64,000 nt of DNA from Amphiscolops sp. MND2022. Taxonomy: Eukaryota. The notes beneath the pieces were generated by a model. That model saw only the letters and a list, made by a program, of their open reading frames with translations, was not told the DNA's origin and searched no databases. The stretch spans positions 51,586,001 through 51,650,000 of the forward strand of contig OZ076409.1 of assembly GCA_964187785.1 (NCBI GenBank), written 5' to 3'. The position numbers and the translations under genes are program-made. Below are positions 1 through 12,809 of the stretch, piece after piece (the first letter of the stretch is position 1; each line of letters begins with the position of its first letter).

Positions 1-4
1 TTAG

Positions 5-300
5 ATCTCCTTTTCGGTTGCTTGGCAGTGCTTACTCATCGCAACCCAAACTCGGTCGATGTCAAGAGTTACCAGTTTTTGTTTCCACCAACTTTGTTCG
101 GGTGTCCGCCTTCCACTAATGCTCCCAAACAGAGCAACAAGTATTACGTGTCAGCAGCAGATGGGTCCATGAAACAACAGCCACAGTATTGGGCCAAAGG
201 TACTGGGTTTGGAACTGGTTCTATGCAGAGTGGTTGGAATATGGAACAGTCCTTTTTGAGACGCAATTTCGAGGAGCAAAATTGCTGTGCCATTCTACAG
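5..300 (+). CDS. BIRC6: BIRC6 exon (5' edge at or beyond window start)
   Basis: [11 protein letters not shown] motif; donor CAG|gtgagt at 301. Confidence 0.85.
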
Positions 301-3300
301 GTGAGTAATTTGTTCAACGTTATTGGAAAGGAGGTACATAATCTGGGAGTTTTTGTGAGAAAGCGAAAATTCTTATTTTGTATAGACTTATCAAAAACGC
401 ATTTAAATCAAAGTTTTTATAAATTTTTTCAATTCTTTTGTGTGAAGAATATTATTCAATTCACATTGACTTTCATCCCAGGTTTTGGCTGCTTTTATTG
501 CTGGAACTGAAAAATCCTCACGTGACAGTTCGGGAAAAACATTGCGAGATGCGGAGAAGCCTGGGACTTCTTCCAGTGCCAATTTCATGACGGGTCCCTC
601 CGACTGTCAGAACTCAGAAAGCATGGCCGTCGACATGTCTAACTTCAGCTGCCGTTTGCATGACCTCATATCGCAGAGTTGTCTTCTGGAAGTCCTGAAT
701 AGCTACCTTAATAACGACTCAGTTTTGGATATCTCACGACATGTGGCCGTGTATCAAGCAGTTTTGGATGTTATAAGAAGTATGGTGACACATCGTGAAA
801 CCTCCAATCAGCTGTTCCATTTACTGGAAGATTTCAGAGTTGATTCCAATTTGAAGGCTATTCGGTCTTGTGTGTACAATTACACTAATCAACTTTCCAA
901 GTTAGCTTTTGAAAAAAAAATGGCTTCATCTTGAATTTAACTTCAATATTTTCATTCAAGGGAGAGCTTAGAATGAATCTAATAAAATGCAAATCTGAAA
1001 CTAATGCAAACGGTCATTACAGCTATTGGTATTTTCTTTTCAAATATAACAGCTTATAGTCCAAAGTTTGAATGGTTTCAATGAAACACTAAATTTGCAC
1101 TTCCGCAGTTCAGAAGTATTCATTAATTGATTTTATCACCGAAAATTCATTTGAGAAAAATGAACCTTTTGAAATTACAGCAATACTGAGCCCGAAGGTC
1201 AATTTTTGCTTTTTATTTCTACAGAAGTTTATCAAACCTTGAACTAGCAATTAAATACTTAGAATAAAAATTTGAGCGAGTGATCGGAGAACTTTCTATT
1301 TTCGTGTGTATTTTTTGTTAGGAATTTGAAGTTCATCCCGCAATCAGAGAAATCTTCGGCAGAGGCGGAAGAAACAGAAGGAATCAATCGCTTGAGTAAC
1401 CAATTAGATTCAGTTCACTCCATGGTGGAGGAGTCTAGAAAAAGTTACATGGACATGAAGCACTGGCAGGCCATGGAGTCAAGGACTGGAGTTGACTCGT
1501 CTGACAATGCAGCCAGCATTGCTGACAACCCAGAAGACAGCACTGAGACCAACCTGCAAAAAGAACCTATCAAAACACCTGAAGAACTCTACTGCAAAGT
1601 CATGAAGAATCTGCAATTCTGTTAGTTTTTAGCTGGAGTGTATCAAGCAGTTTAAGATGTTATAAGAAGTATGGTGACACATCGTGAAACCTCCAATCAG
1701 CTGTTCCATTTACTGGAAGATTTCAGAGTTGATTCCAATTTGAAGGCTATTCTGTTTTCAGGTGTATCAATTTTGAAAATTGTGAGGTAATTCAAAACTC
1801 ATCTGCAGGTGAATAGAGAGAGTTTACTAAATGAAATATCCATCCATTGAATGACGTAAAGTTTAGTACAGTACATTGTCACTTTCTACCGACGCTAAAG
1901 TTGATAAGGAGATATTACGTTTTCTGAAAATTTAGGTCTCTATATAACAGTGAATTAGGTCGCTTGTAGCGAAAGCGCAAAAAAAAGCGAAAGCGACGTA
2001 ATATCCGGATAAGCGCCGACAGCGAAAGCGACGACTGAAATTTGCGCTTATCTAATTGGTCAGAAATTATAGCTATTTTGGTTACAAAAAGTGTCCAACT
2101 CTAACAGTGGCAAGTTTTTTTGTACTGAGAATTTCAGCCGACACTAGTACAATAGAAAAATTTGTCTCTGGTGGTGGTAGTTTGTTGAGATAAGGAAGTA
2201 ACCGATCGAAATTTTCAAAAGTTCGTAATGTTTTTCAAAAAATTGCAGCTTTTGAGAACCAAAATTCGCTTAGCCAGCGTTTTCTTTCAAAAAGCGCCGC
2301 TTAAGCGTAAGCGTGCCAGTCATAAGCGCAACAAGCGATAAGCTCGTTTTTTGGGAAAACCTAATTCACTGCTATATAATGGAATTGTCGCTTGGGAAAT
2401 GGCATTAACAACTGCTTTATTATTTTCCGCCCATATTTCATATGGGAAAGGAAAATATTTAAATCAAACGGGTTTTTTTTTTTTTTACAAAATTTGCCAA
2501 GATTTTATTTATATTTAAATTTAAGGGTGTTACCCATAGAATTCAACCCACATAAATTTAGCTTCGTGCGATATGTATTTGTAGAGATTTTTGAAGTTTT
2601 TTTAAAAAATGACGAAAATGACGAAAATGACCCCGAAAATGACAAAAATTCCCAAATTTCTCATTTTTAAACATTTTTATGCAATTTTTGCCATTTTTTG
2701 AGACACCGCGAATTAGAAAAATGGACAAGATGAATCGAAGCTTTCTTTTCTTCGAACTTCTCAGCGTTTTTATAGTGCATTAGTTATTCTTGAGCCTCAA
2801 ATTTATGTAGTTGTAGAACAGTTCGGGGCGGAAAATATCCCGCTCCTAAGCGGGCGTCTTGTTTTAGTGTCCTACAAAATGATCAAGGAGTCGGGCAAAA
2901 ACTTGACCTTTAACGTGGCCTATCACTTTTTGAGTGAAGCAAGATTGGCGTCAGATTCCCTGAACACGAAGCGTGCCAAAAGACTCGCCCAAGAGTCTGT
3001 GACCCTTTCCTCCTCTCTACCTCTGGACTACAGCTCCTCTGTCTTCCTCAGGTAACTGGAGTTTTTAGGAGTCGGAAAAATTTTCGACTACTTATGCAAT
3101 CGTGTTGTTTTTTTTCTCCCGACCTTTTCATGAAAATTTCAAATTTCTCAAAAACTGTCCATACGATTTTTATAAAATTTTGCACAGTCATTCTACACCC
3201 AAAGGGGCCCCTGCGTGTGCAAAGGCATCAAAATCGTATGACTGAAATGTGAGAAACATAGCCAAAATTAGCCCAAAAATGGCAAAAAACAGCCATTTTT

Positions 3301-4344
3301 CGACTTTTTTTGATTTTCTCAAAAACAGTCCATACAATTCAAACGAAATTTTCTACAGTCATTTTACATCATAATAGAGTCCTATATATGCAATGGCATC
3401 AAAATTGTATGGCTGGGATGTGAGAAACGAAGCTAAAGTTAGCCCAAAAATGGCCAAAATACAGTCATTTTTCGATATTTTTCGATTTTCTCAAAAACTG
3501 TCCGTACGATTCGAACGAAATTTTCTACACCATAGTATGGTCTTATGTGTGCAATTTCAATAAATTCGTATGATTCTGCGATTGGAGCGAGTCAGAAGGA
3601 AAAAGACCTAAGCCGACTCCTTTACCGCATATGCGGCTGTGGTTTCTTACATGTTCATGTAGTGTGAGGCTTTGGTAGATAGCCTCTTTAATTCCAAAGT
3701 GGAACTAAAGTAGAATATGTTGGTCAACCTAATTCCAAAATATGTCCACCAGGTCACTCCAAAACTTGCTCGCCAGTGTTTGTCTCAGGCAAATGTTTTG
3801 AGCCTGCGTTTTTCAGAATTATTTCGTAACATTGAGTTCAATTCATTCTATTCTCTCCAGATATGACGAAGAAAGGCTGGACGTGATGAAGGTGCTTATC
3901 ACTGGGCCAGTAGACACGCCCTACGAAAACGGCTGTTTCGTGTTCGACATATTCTTCCCGGCTGACTATCCCAACTCACCCCTGCTGTGCAATTTTGCCA
4001 CCACTGGAGTCGGTACTGTCAGATTCAACCCTAATCTATATAACGACGGAAAGGTCAGTGTCTTATCTGGAAAATATCAATGGAAAATTCTGTTTACCTT
4101 AGTACAAAGTGATTATCAAACGGCGTTTAATTGTCTAAAGAGAATTGAATAACCTTACCGAATTCATTTATGCTTTCGCATCATGTTACGCCAAAATATA
4201 AGTTACCATTTTCCGACCCCACATTTTACAAATGGTGGAGGAAAATCATGATCTGTGATGCGTTTTTTCCAACTTTTGCCAAATCTCCACAATCTCCACC
4301 TTTTGATTACCTGACTATTACTTGACTTGATGAACATAATTCAA

Positions 4345-4383
<39 letters not shown>

Positions 4384-6221
4384 GTAAAAATGGGAATAAG
4401 ATCTAAAATTTCAGGACGGGAATAATATCTCAAGTGAATAAGATCTAAAATCACTAAGTTTTAGATCTTATTCTTTAGATCCTATTCCCCCTCTCCCAAA
4501 ATAGATATAGCTCAGTTGGTGAAGGCGGACAGGGCGGAAAATATCCCGGTGCTTAGCGGGCGTCTTGTTACTTACATAAAACTTAAGCCCTACTTGTCAA
4601 AACCGGAGATCCTTAGAATTACATGGAATTATTTATAGGTGTGCCTGAGTATTCTGAATACGTGGCATGGGCGACCCGAAGAGAAATGGAATTCGCAAAC
4701 ATCGAATCTATTGCAAGTAAGTTGTTTTTCATTTGGAAAAATGGTAATTTTGACTCCTCGGATCAGGTTTTTTAAGTGTGCGCATTTTAAGTGTTTTTAG
4801 CATTCTGTAACAATGTTCCCGGCTTTTTCAGTGACTAGTTTTTTTTCTCCAGACCATAGAATGTATTTAAAAGGTCCACGTTTTATAGACTTTCTCATTT
4901 TCGAATAATTTAATTTTCACTGGTTTTACAAAGCTGCATGAGACCAAAGGGCTTTCTTTGATTTTGCAAGCAGTTTTACGGGCATCAGAAAGCTGTATCT
5001 TCATTTATAGCGCTCTCAATCTTTTCAGATGTGAAAAAATTCGGAAAGAAAAATTTAGAAATTCACAAAGAAAGTCACTATCGTACTCGTGGAAGATAGA
5101 TTTCCAGGTAAAGGAAATACTTGGGATTAGATAAAACTTTTTTGAACTTGGATTTTTTTCAGGTGCTAGTGTCGATTCAATCTCTAATTTTGGTAGCAGA
5201 GCCATACTTCAATGAGCCAGGCTATGAAAGGTCGAGAAACACTCCAGCGGGTCAGCAAAGTTCCAACGAATATAGTGCTAATATAAAACAAGCCACCGTC
5301 AAATGGGCAATGTTAAACCAGCTAAAAAACCCATGTCCTTCTTTCAAGGATGTTATTCAAGCGCATTTCTATCTGAAAAAAGAAAAGATCCTGAAGCAAG
5401 TGAATTCTTGGCTCGCTCTGATGGAATTGATGGATAAAAATAAAAGATATGGGAAGAAACTTTCAAATCATGTGGCTTCTTTGAAGAAGAGTTACACTGC
5501 GCTGGCCGAGGAGCTCAACAAATTGGAAGCACCGGATTCTATTGACGAAGAAACCAAAAATGCTATCCTCAGGACGAATGCGTCTTCGAAGCAAGTTTCG
5601 TTCTCTGACGCCAACACTGTTTTTGAGTCTACAAATGGTCAACCCGGATCGTCATTGCCGACAAATTATGTCAAAAGTTTATTCGACGATCCAAAAAGTG
5701 GGATTGCTGGATCAGAAGGAAAATGCTCGACTAGTGCTACTGTGTCCGATTTCAATCCTGGAAGTTTAATGTGCGGTCCAAATGGGATTTCAGAAATTGA
5801 AGTTTTGGAAGAGTTGAAAGAATGTCCACAATCGCCCGATCAAACCGACTCGCCCACCAGCAAAGCAGCCACTGATCTCTTGAACTCTGTGTTGGATGTA
5901 GTTTTTTGGAGCCCAACAGTTTCCTCTTCGATTACCGGAGCGCCTGCAGATCTTGAAAATGTATCTTCAACGTCTATCGCAGCTCCTGAAGAAGAGGTTG
6001 TTGCGTCGCAATCTTTCATGGAATTTCAACCCTCTGTTGAGGCGACTGTAGAATTGTCCACTAGTCATATGTCTGTTGATGAAACACATGATAATACAGA
6101 AATTTCGGAAGAAGTATCAACCAATCAAAATGAAGCAATTATGGTTGAAAGTTCCAACAATCAGGACGCATCGTATGTTACGCAAGGTCCCATGGACGAA
6201 GGGAAAAACAAAACAGGTTGA
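5..6221 (+). CDS. BIRC6: Baculoviral IAP repeat-containing protein 6 (BRUCE/Apollon), 3' part; exons ~5-300, 482-900, 1322-1620, 2868-3051, 3861-4053, 4639-4716, 5163-6221
   Basis: Motifs [41 protein letters not shown] domain [42 protein letters not shown]..|[22 protein letters not shown]. All six introns are GT-AG with consistent phases. The gene continues 5' of the window. Confidence 0.95.
482..900 (+). CDS. BIRC6: BIRC6 exon
   Basis: Acceptor cccag|[15 protein letters not shown]; donor gttagc at 901, phase 2 matches next exon. Confidence 0.85.
1322..1620 (+). CDS. BIRC6: BIRC6 exon
   Basis: Acceptor ttag|[14 protein letters not shown]; donor gttagt at 1621. Confidence 0.85.
1638..1752 (+). 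repeat. 115-bp intronic copy of BIRC6 exon sequence 749-863
   Basis: Identical to 749-863 except TG>AA, which creates TAA in the coding frame. Confidence 0.9.
1948..2371 (+). mobile_element. hAT-type MITE, copy 1
   Basis: TIR CAGTGAATTAGGT/ACCTAATTCACTG; 8-bp TSD CTATATAA (1940-1947, 2372-2379). Confidence 0.92.
2422..2863 (+). mobile_element. Non-autonomous Helentron-type (HINE) element, terminal type C
   Basis: subTIR ATTTTCCGCCC/GGGCGGAAAAT, 3' hairpin CCCGCT-cct-AAGCGGG, ends CTTGTT, no TSD. Confidence 0.7.
2868..3051 (+). CDS. BIRC6: BIRC6 exon (start of UBC region)
   Basis: [18 protein letters not shown]; ttttag acceptor, gtaact donor. Confidence 0.9.
3062..3644 (+). mobile_element. 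HINE-like element, terminal type B, with ~170-bp internal tandem repeats
   Basis: subTIR AGGAGTCGG/CCGACTCCT, 3' palindrome CCGCATATGCGG, T-rich flanks. Confidence 0.7.
3861..4053 (+). CDS. BIRC6: BIRC6 exon (UBC domain)
   Basis: [24 protein letters not shown]...[10 protein letters not shown]. Confidence 0.95.
4208..4569 (+). mobile_element. HINE-like element, type C, containing (CT)n at ~4346-4380
   Basis: Same termini as 2422-2863; homologous over its length to 41241-41622. Confidence 0.7.
4639..4716 (+). CDS. BIRC6: BIRC6 78-bp exon with UBC catalytic Cys (absent from ORF track)
   Basis: Translates [26 protein letters not shown]; atag| acceptor, |gtaagt donor, phase 0 on both sides. Confidence 0.95.
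5163..6221 (+). CDS. BIRC6: BIRC6 terminal exon
   Basis: [25 protein letters not shown], then long acidic S/T-rich tail to TGA. Confidence 0.9.
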   Translation: MLVSIQSLILVAEPYFNEPGYERSRNTPAGQQSSNEYSANIKQATVKWAMLNQLKNPCPSFKDVIQAHFYLKKEKILKQVNSWLALMELMDKNKRYGKKLSNHVASLKKSYTALAEELNKLEAPDSIDEETKNAILRTNASSKQVSFSDANTVFESTNGQPGSSLPTNYVKSLFDDPKSGIAGSEGKCSTSATVSDFNPGSLMCGPNGISEIEVLEELKECPQSPDQTDSPTSKAATDLLNSVLDVVFWSPTVSSSITGAPADLENVSSTSIAAPEEEVVASQSFMEFQPSVEATVELSTSHMSVDETHDNTEISEEVSTNQNEAIMVESSNNQDASYVTQGPMDEGKNKTG

Positions 6222-8262
6222 TTTCAAAATCAATCAGGAACGGGGAAATTGAGGAAACCAATTGGTTATTTTTGATCGTGCTCCTCCTTCAATAGAATTC
6301 AATACTGTCAGATGTTTTTTCAATTACTAAATTATGTAGCTCAAACTCCCAATGTATAAATATTAACCTTCTTAGTTTTATCATAAAATAATTGTTGTTA
6401 GGCCTATTGTCTATTTTGAAAAGTTTGGAATTTGTTTGAATTTCATGGAATGTTTCGAATCAGTCATTGGAAAAGCAAAAACTTGCAAAATGAAATTTGT
6501 GTCACCTAACTTCAATGTAAATTATGATACGAAGCAATACTTTAAATTGACGTATGTATGTTGAATTTAAGTTAATTGAAAACTTTGTTTGTTAGCTTTT
6601 TGTTAGGACCTTTTGATATCAAACATTCTATATTTGATAATTTCCTTGTGAGTTTTTTGTTGAATGTTTCTGCTCAGGGTATGAATCAAGCTGTTTAGTC
6701 GGAGAAAAAGCACGACTCTTACAATGGATAGTTTTTTCTTCTGTAGCTATGATCACTTTTACAGAGAACAGATGGAGCAAATATTAGTTATACGGTAAAT
6801 ACCATTTGACCTAGCCAGTACGCTTTATCCGAATTTTTGACGTTATATCCGAACCATATTGCGTTTTACTTAGGAGGAGGCGCAGTTCTGGAAAAAGCGC
6901 TCCCATTTGTCTTACCACGATATATTCGAACTTTTGACGTTGATCCGAAGTGAAATGCGTTTTGCTAAGACAGAGGCAGAGGTTACGCTTTATCTGAAAT
7001 TTTGAAAAAAAACCGACGTTTTTTCGATACCATGCTACTTTTTTCTCATTTGTTTTTATCGAAGCCCCCTCGATTTTTACTAAGAACGAAAAGTGCTGCG
7101 AGTATAGAGGACTCCTTAGGGTTTTTGGCACTGCGAATTACCGAAAAAAAAATTTCGAAAAATTTTTGGAAAATTTCCTGAATTGTTTTTCTGTGTGGTT
7201 TTCGGTTGAGCAAAACCATTTTCCCAGTTTTAGGGGTAACCTTTGATCGTTTTTAGTCCTGTGGTACTGATGAGAGATTTCTCAATAATTGTGCAAAAGA
7301 CCTACGGCCTTTTTCGGCTTTCCGAATGAGAAAGATCCTATTTTCCAAAAAAAACAGGTTTTTGTTGTTTCCAGTTGGGGGAAAAAGTAATTTTCGAGTC
7401 TTATGCGTATCCCTTCGGGTATTTTTCGGCACTTTATATTTGATAAAATTTTAACAACAGTGTCCTTTTGCATATTTAACATACTTTTAATTTTTTTTGA
7501 ACCTGAGCGAGGCGCTGACTTGTTCTCCCGTCCTCACACAAACTTTAATCGATAATTTATATTGGCAATGTACTGCAATGGTGTATTTCATGGTTGGATG
7601 TTAGTGATCGAGAAAATGTTCAAATAACATTCCTTTCAGACAACACCTTGCAGTTAAAATTCATATTTGAGTGCGACGCCAACTAAGCGATAAGATGCGA
7701 ATTTGTGAGCAAAATTTAAAATACTTGATGCTGTACCATTCGCCTACGAGAGAAGAGTTTGAGCATGTGATAGTGTTCTATCAATTTTATTGCTGTTAGT
7801 ACTTTACCTAACACTATTTTCGATAGATTAACCTTGAAGCTCTGAAATCTCGATCAATTTGCCGTTTTACAGATTCATGAGTTTGAGGGTCTCTAGATCT
7901 CAAAGTTGCCTTCAAAGGTTTCTGTTGCCCATTTTTTGCATATTCTGTAGAATTTAGCTACATTTACGTTACCTTAGTGACATAAATTGCGAGGAAAAAG
8001 GTGTTATTTTTGAAAGATGCTCAAAAATTGAAAATGCTGTTTCTCGAGGAGTTTATCAGGAAACTATTTCTATAGCTCAGATTGGAAACGTAAAATTTTG
8101 GTCCTGAGCGAGATTGGAAGTCACGCATACTTGATTCCAAGCCTTGCATCCTGACCAATAGGCCAAGTTTGAGGACTTGGCTACAGGATTCGCATGTTTA
8201 AAACATGCAGTGTTTTAAACGCATTTTAAGGATGACAAAAACCTCCAATTTGTTCAATTGTT

Positions 8263-8500
8263 TTGATTTTGGTTATAGGTATTTTCAAGTTCCTAAAATC
8301 GCTAAAAAACCTAGTAATCTTGAGCAATTTGGCGGAAGACATCAAGATAATTGCCGATGCGCTTCTGGTTCTTATTCCAAGTTCCGCAGGCTTGGAACGA
8401 ATTTTCAGCACCCTGGGCTTCGTCAACAACAAAACACGAAATCGAGGCAAACTTGTTTTCTGTCTTCTCTCTGCTGTAAACTCAGTTCTTAGGTCGTTTA
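8263..8500 (+). pseudogene. hAT transposase C-terminal dimerisation-domain relic
   Basis: LLVLIPSSAGLERIFSTLGFVNNKTRNR matches the S...ER.FS......RNR motif. Confidence 0.7.
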
Positions 8501-8595
8501 GTGTTAGAAGTATTTGTGATAGATGAACGTTTTAAACGCGATTTTTTAATATCTTGTTTTTCCGAACTGTAGTTTTTGTCACGAAGCGTTGATTA

Positions 8596-9462
8596 TTTTT
8601 AGTCGGCGCTTTTCCATTAAGGGAAAAATGCCCGACTATAGCAGTGACTGTTTTTAGTCGGCGCATTTTAGTAGAAAATGTGCCCGACTATTACATTGGG
8701 TAGTTTTTTTTAGACACGAAAGGTCCACTTTTTTGTTCATTTGTTCAACAACCTCAAACTTCAACAACTTCAAACCTCAACAACTCCAACCTCAGAAGCG
8801 CGTCCAAAACGAAAAGAAAAAACAAAACAGACGTCCACAACCTTGAAAACACAGCTTAGCCCCACTTTTTTTCAGCACTTTTTTTGAAGTTTTTTGGATT
8901 GCACCAGAGGGTCCCCCTTCATTTGTTTCGATATTTTGCAACACAATGGATGTCAAAAAATCGCAAAGGGTCCCCCCTTTTACATTTTTCGGCACTGTGA
9001 CACTGTTCAAAAATCTCATTAAAAAAATTTTTTTGGGAAATTTTTTCATGTCTCCAAAGGGTCCCCCCTTCAATTTTTTTCAAATTTTTTGCAGCCAGCT
9101 GGAGTTTCACAAAGCCCGAAGGGTCCCCCTTTTAAATTTTGAGCCTTAGATATGGCGCCGACTTTGGCCGTTCTCGGCTTGTTTTTTCTTCAGACTACAA
9201 TCCTCACACTGATCAGTCCACTGATCGGTCCACAGTCCGGCCAAGGGAGACTTAGTCCAAAGGGTCCCCCCTTTCATTTTTTCACTTTCAAGGAAATACA
9301 AAACCGGACGTGCCTAAAGGGTCCCCCCTTTGGATTTTTTTCGGCACTGTGCAACTTTTTTGATTTTTTTTTTTCAAAAATTACAAGTTTTTTTCCAAAA
9401 AAAATGTTTTGCGCTTTTTGAGCCTTAGATATGGCGCCGACTTTAGACGTTCTCGTCTTGTT
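8596..9462 (+). mobile_element. Nested pair of HINE type A elements (inner ~8651-9183)
   Basis: Two 5' ends TTTTTAGTCGGCGC (8596, 8651) and two 3' ends GCGCCGACT-hairpin-CTTGTT (9183, 9462). Confidence 0.8.
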
Positions 9463-11390
9463 CCATCTTGATATATCAGTTTCCGTGTATTTTTGCTGAG
9501 ACAGGACGCAGTATCTATTTTCATTTGGGCTCTGCAAGTTTTATACCAAACTATGGACGCTGTTTTCCATGGGAAGACTGAAACTGCAGCTGTCGAATTG
9601 TTCAAATGCTATCCATGTATAATAAACTTCTATAGATTTCAGCTTTTATCCTATTCACGGCCTTTTAGAAGCGCCTGAGCAAACTTGAAATGAGTTGCAC
9701 CCTGGCATTGTGATACTTTTGGTAAATTCTGATGATACACCTTCAGAGAAAATCAGTCACCGCCCAGGCTCAATTTTTTCAAGAAGTATTGAATTGATTT
9801 TTTCATTTTGAAACGAAAAATGAGCTGAATAAATATTGCTACTGAATTATACTCTGTACTTCATGTTCATTCTGAGATGAAGGGTGTCCAAAATGGACTG
9901 AACTTGAAATGTTCAAGTATTTGATTAACCTCGTTAGTGATTTTGTCCTCAACTGAGGACACCGATTTTTCTCACAGTCAATAAAAAATTACGAAACGCA
10001 AATAGCATATATGAAAACGAAAGTTTGTCTTTCTTATCAACAATCTATTGGACTATTTGGGGCGAGTTGTTATTTGTGTCAATATAGTTTGTTTTTTGAA
10101 CTACCGGCAAAAAAATAACTGGAAAAATGAAAATTTGCAAAAAAATACTTTTCAGAAAATTATCTTTCTCAATAACACAGCAACTGTTTGCTAAGTTACT
10201 GCCATACTCTAGTAACAGTTTGCCACCAATGAAAACGCATATAGAAGTTTTTTCGATGAAGCTTCAGCTAAGAGTTCGACCGGCATTTGAAAGTTAAAGG
10301 GGTTTTCAGGAGCAGAAAACCGATTTGAGCTGTGGCTATTATTCGTAGCGAAATAACGCATTAAAGAAATGTTGCCGGAGGGATATGCAGAAGACTCGAA
10401 AACACTTTTTCCCACGGATTTTACGTCAAAATTGGGATATAGCGTGCTGGTTCACTGAAAATTTGGTTCACTAAATTTTTATTTCTGCGATAGCAAGAAT
10501 ATTATTGAAATCTGAATTATTGAACTTTTTTTCAGTTCAATTTTTGTCGTGATATCGAGTACCTACTGAAAAATTCAGATATTTTTGTTCTGCAGTGAGT
10601 ATAAGCGTGAGATTCAAATTTCGCTTCTCGTGCGAAGGAACGAGCGCGTGGTAATTATGCATTCGTACGCCGAGAGCTTCGCCTGCTTTCAAATGCGAAT
10701 GCGAAACTTCGTCTACGCTTAGTAGTTCAATTTTTTAGTCCGAGAAGAATTAAAGGCCGTGTAAATCGGTAGAGTGATTAATTATGCGCTTTTCAAATGA
10801 ATAAGATATGCTTCTATTATTGAACATGAAAGCCTAAAAGCAGAAATAATACTGTGCCCCGGAGGGCCTATTTTGAAACGAAAAATCGTCTTGAAAAATC
10901 TCAATGCCGAAAATTGTAGAAGGGGGACACTTTTGGGATTTATTAACTTCCATTTTGTCGCAAAATATCAAAAAGTTGAGGAGCCCTTTGGAGACATTGA
11001 AATATCTTCGAAAAAAAAAGACTCATTGTGCCTTAAAAACTTACGGTGGCTCTCAATACTCGGAAAACGCTGTTTCTTCTAAAAACCAAAGGAGGCACTT
11101 TAAAAACGCATAGTACGACTTTGGTACGACCTCTTATTTTGCAAGCATTTTGAAAATTTTGGTTCAGAGCAGTGTTTGAACCCACGTAAATTGATTCCCA
11201 GATACTGTCCCACCCACAGTAACCATTTTTTTGAAATTTCGGAAATTTTGAAAATTTTTCGAAAAACCTATTTCATATGATTTTGGGTTTTTTGAGGTTT
11301 TATGTAAAGGAAAACTTCCGAGTCAAAGTGTTACTTTTTGTTCGTGCGGAACTGACGAGAGTTTTCTCGATAATTGTGGAAAAGACCTAA

Positions 11391-11832
11391 TTTTTAGTCG
11401 GCGCTTCATGAAGTGAAACGCGACTATACTAGTGGCTTTTTTCAATCCACACGAACTGACAAAAATAGTTCTCAAAAGTTTCACGAAATTTCAAGGTATC
11501 AAATAACCATTCGGCCTAGGGAATTCAACCAAAAAGGGTTTTCCTTTTCCGCGTAACATTCAATGAAGTTCAGCAATGGGCGGGACGGACTGAAGGGTCT
11601 TCCAGTTTTCCGAAAATTTTTTTCTCCCCAAAGGGTTGCCCTTCAATTGTTTGATGTTTCGCGACAGAATGGATGTTGGAAAATCCCAAAGGGTCCACCC
11701 TTTTAGCGCGCCAATTCGGACCAATTTTTGGGTTTTTTGGATACTGTAAAAGAGAATACTTGACACTTTGAAGTCTTTTTGCTATTTTTGAGCCTTAGAT
11801 ATGGCGCCGACTTATGCCGTTCCCGGCTTGTT
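11391..11832 (+). mobile_element. HINE type A element
   Basis: 5' TTTTTAGTCGGCGC; 3' GCGCCGACT, GCCG-TTCC-CGGC hairpin, TTGTT. Confidence 0.8.
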
Positions 11833-12683
11833 TAGACACTATCCGACTTTTTTGATTTTTTTTTGGTTAAAGGGTCACTTTCATAAATGTGTTGGGCTTG
11901 AAAAAAGTGTTTTAAAGCACCTTTTTCTGCAGTGGGATTTCTTCCGAAGTGATGTTTTTCGAAAAATAATTGTTTTCAAAAATTCGGTCTTTTTGATGCT
12001 TCGAGTTAGAGAAAAAGCGGTTTTCGAGTCTTATGGGTATCCCTTCGGGTATTTTTAGCACTGTAAATTTGATAAATTTTCCCTATAGTGTCCCTTTGCA
12101 TAGTTATCACACAATATTCTATTTGAACCTTGAGCGATGAGACGACTTGGGCCGTTCCAGGCGTGTTTTCTTTAAATCTCAACTGCAGAATAATAACTCA
12201 AAACTAGATCAATCAATGTTACTGATCTTAAGTTCCAATAATTCAAATTGCTCAATTTAAGTGTGTGGATAATTTTGGATCCACCCAGGGATTTGACTCG
12301 AAAACAATTGTTTTTTTTTTAATATTTAAATTTTTAAATTATTAATTTTTAATTCTATAATCAATAATTATTTGCTTAGTTATGGAAAAAAACAGGATCG
12401 ATCTAGAAGTTTCATTGCTTGGCACAGTTATTTTGCTGAAATGCCACAAAATTGATGAAAACAACTGGATATACACTCAATTGAATATCCACAAACAATT
12501 GAATATACACTCTTGTGAGCTCTTGTTGTATCAGTTTTTGCTGGTATTTGTATATTTTTTACATAGTTTTAATTTTCAGAGGTGTTGCTATAGTCTCATT
12601 TGAGTTTATGGAAGTTTATCAATGAGTACAATGAAAATTTAAAATGTGACACCGGAAGTTCATTTTACTACCGCGCCATCAAA

Positions 12684-12809
12684 ATGCACATATTTTGGAT
12701 CATTGTGGCACAGTACGTGCTAATTATCGTCTTCGTTATCTATGTTTTCTTCTTCGGCCACGACAGCTCCTTCTGGCCTATTCAGACGCTACATAGAGGT
12801 TTATACGTG
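12684..12809 (+). CDS. ZDHHC4: ZDHHC4-like exon 1
   Basis: aaaATG, hydrophobic N-terminus, donor gtaagt. Confidence 0.75.

Noticed and set aside
8792..9537. Many K/F-rich short ORFs (also 17164-18759, 29490-30727, 37809-38480, 40870-42465)
   Set aside because: Chance frames in HINE repeats (KGPP/RVPP peptides come from AAGGGTCCCCC); no coding signal.
10590..10730. CpG-rich promoter of ZDHHC4
   Set aside because: Shares GAGAGCTTCGCCTGC with ~35826, so probably a repeat; no TSS evidence.
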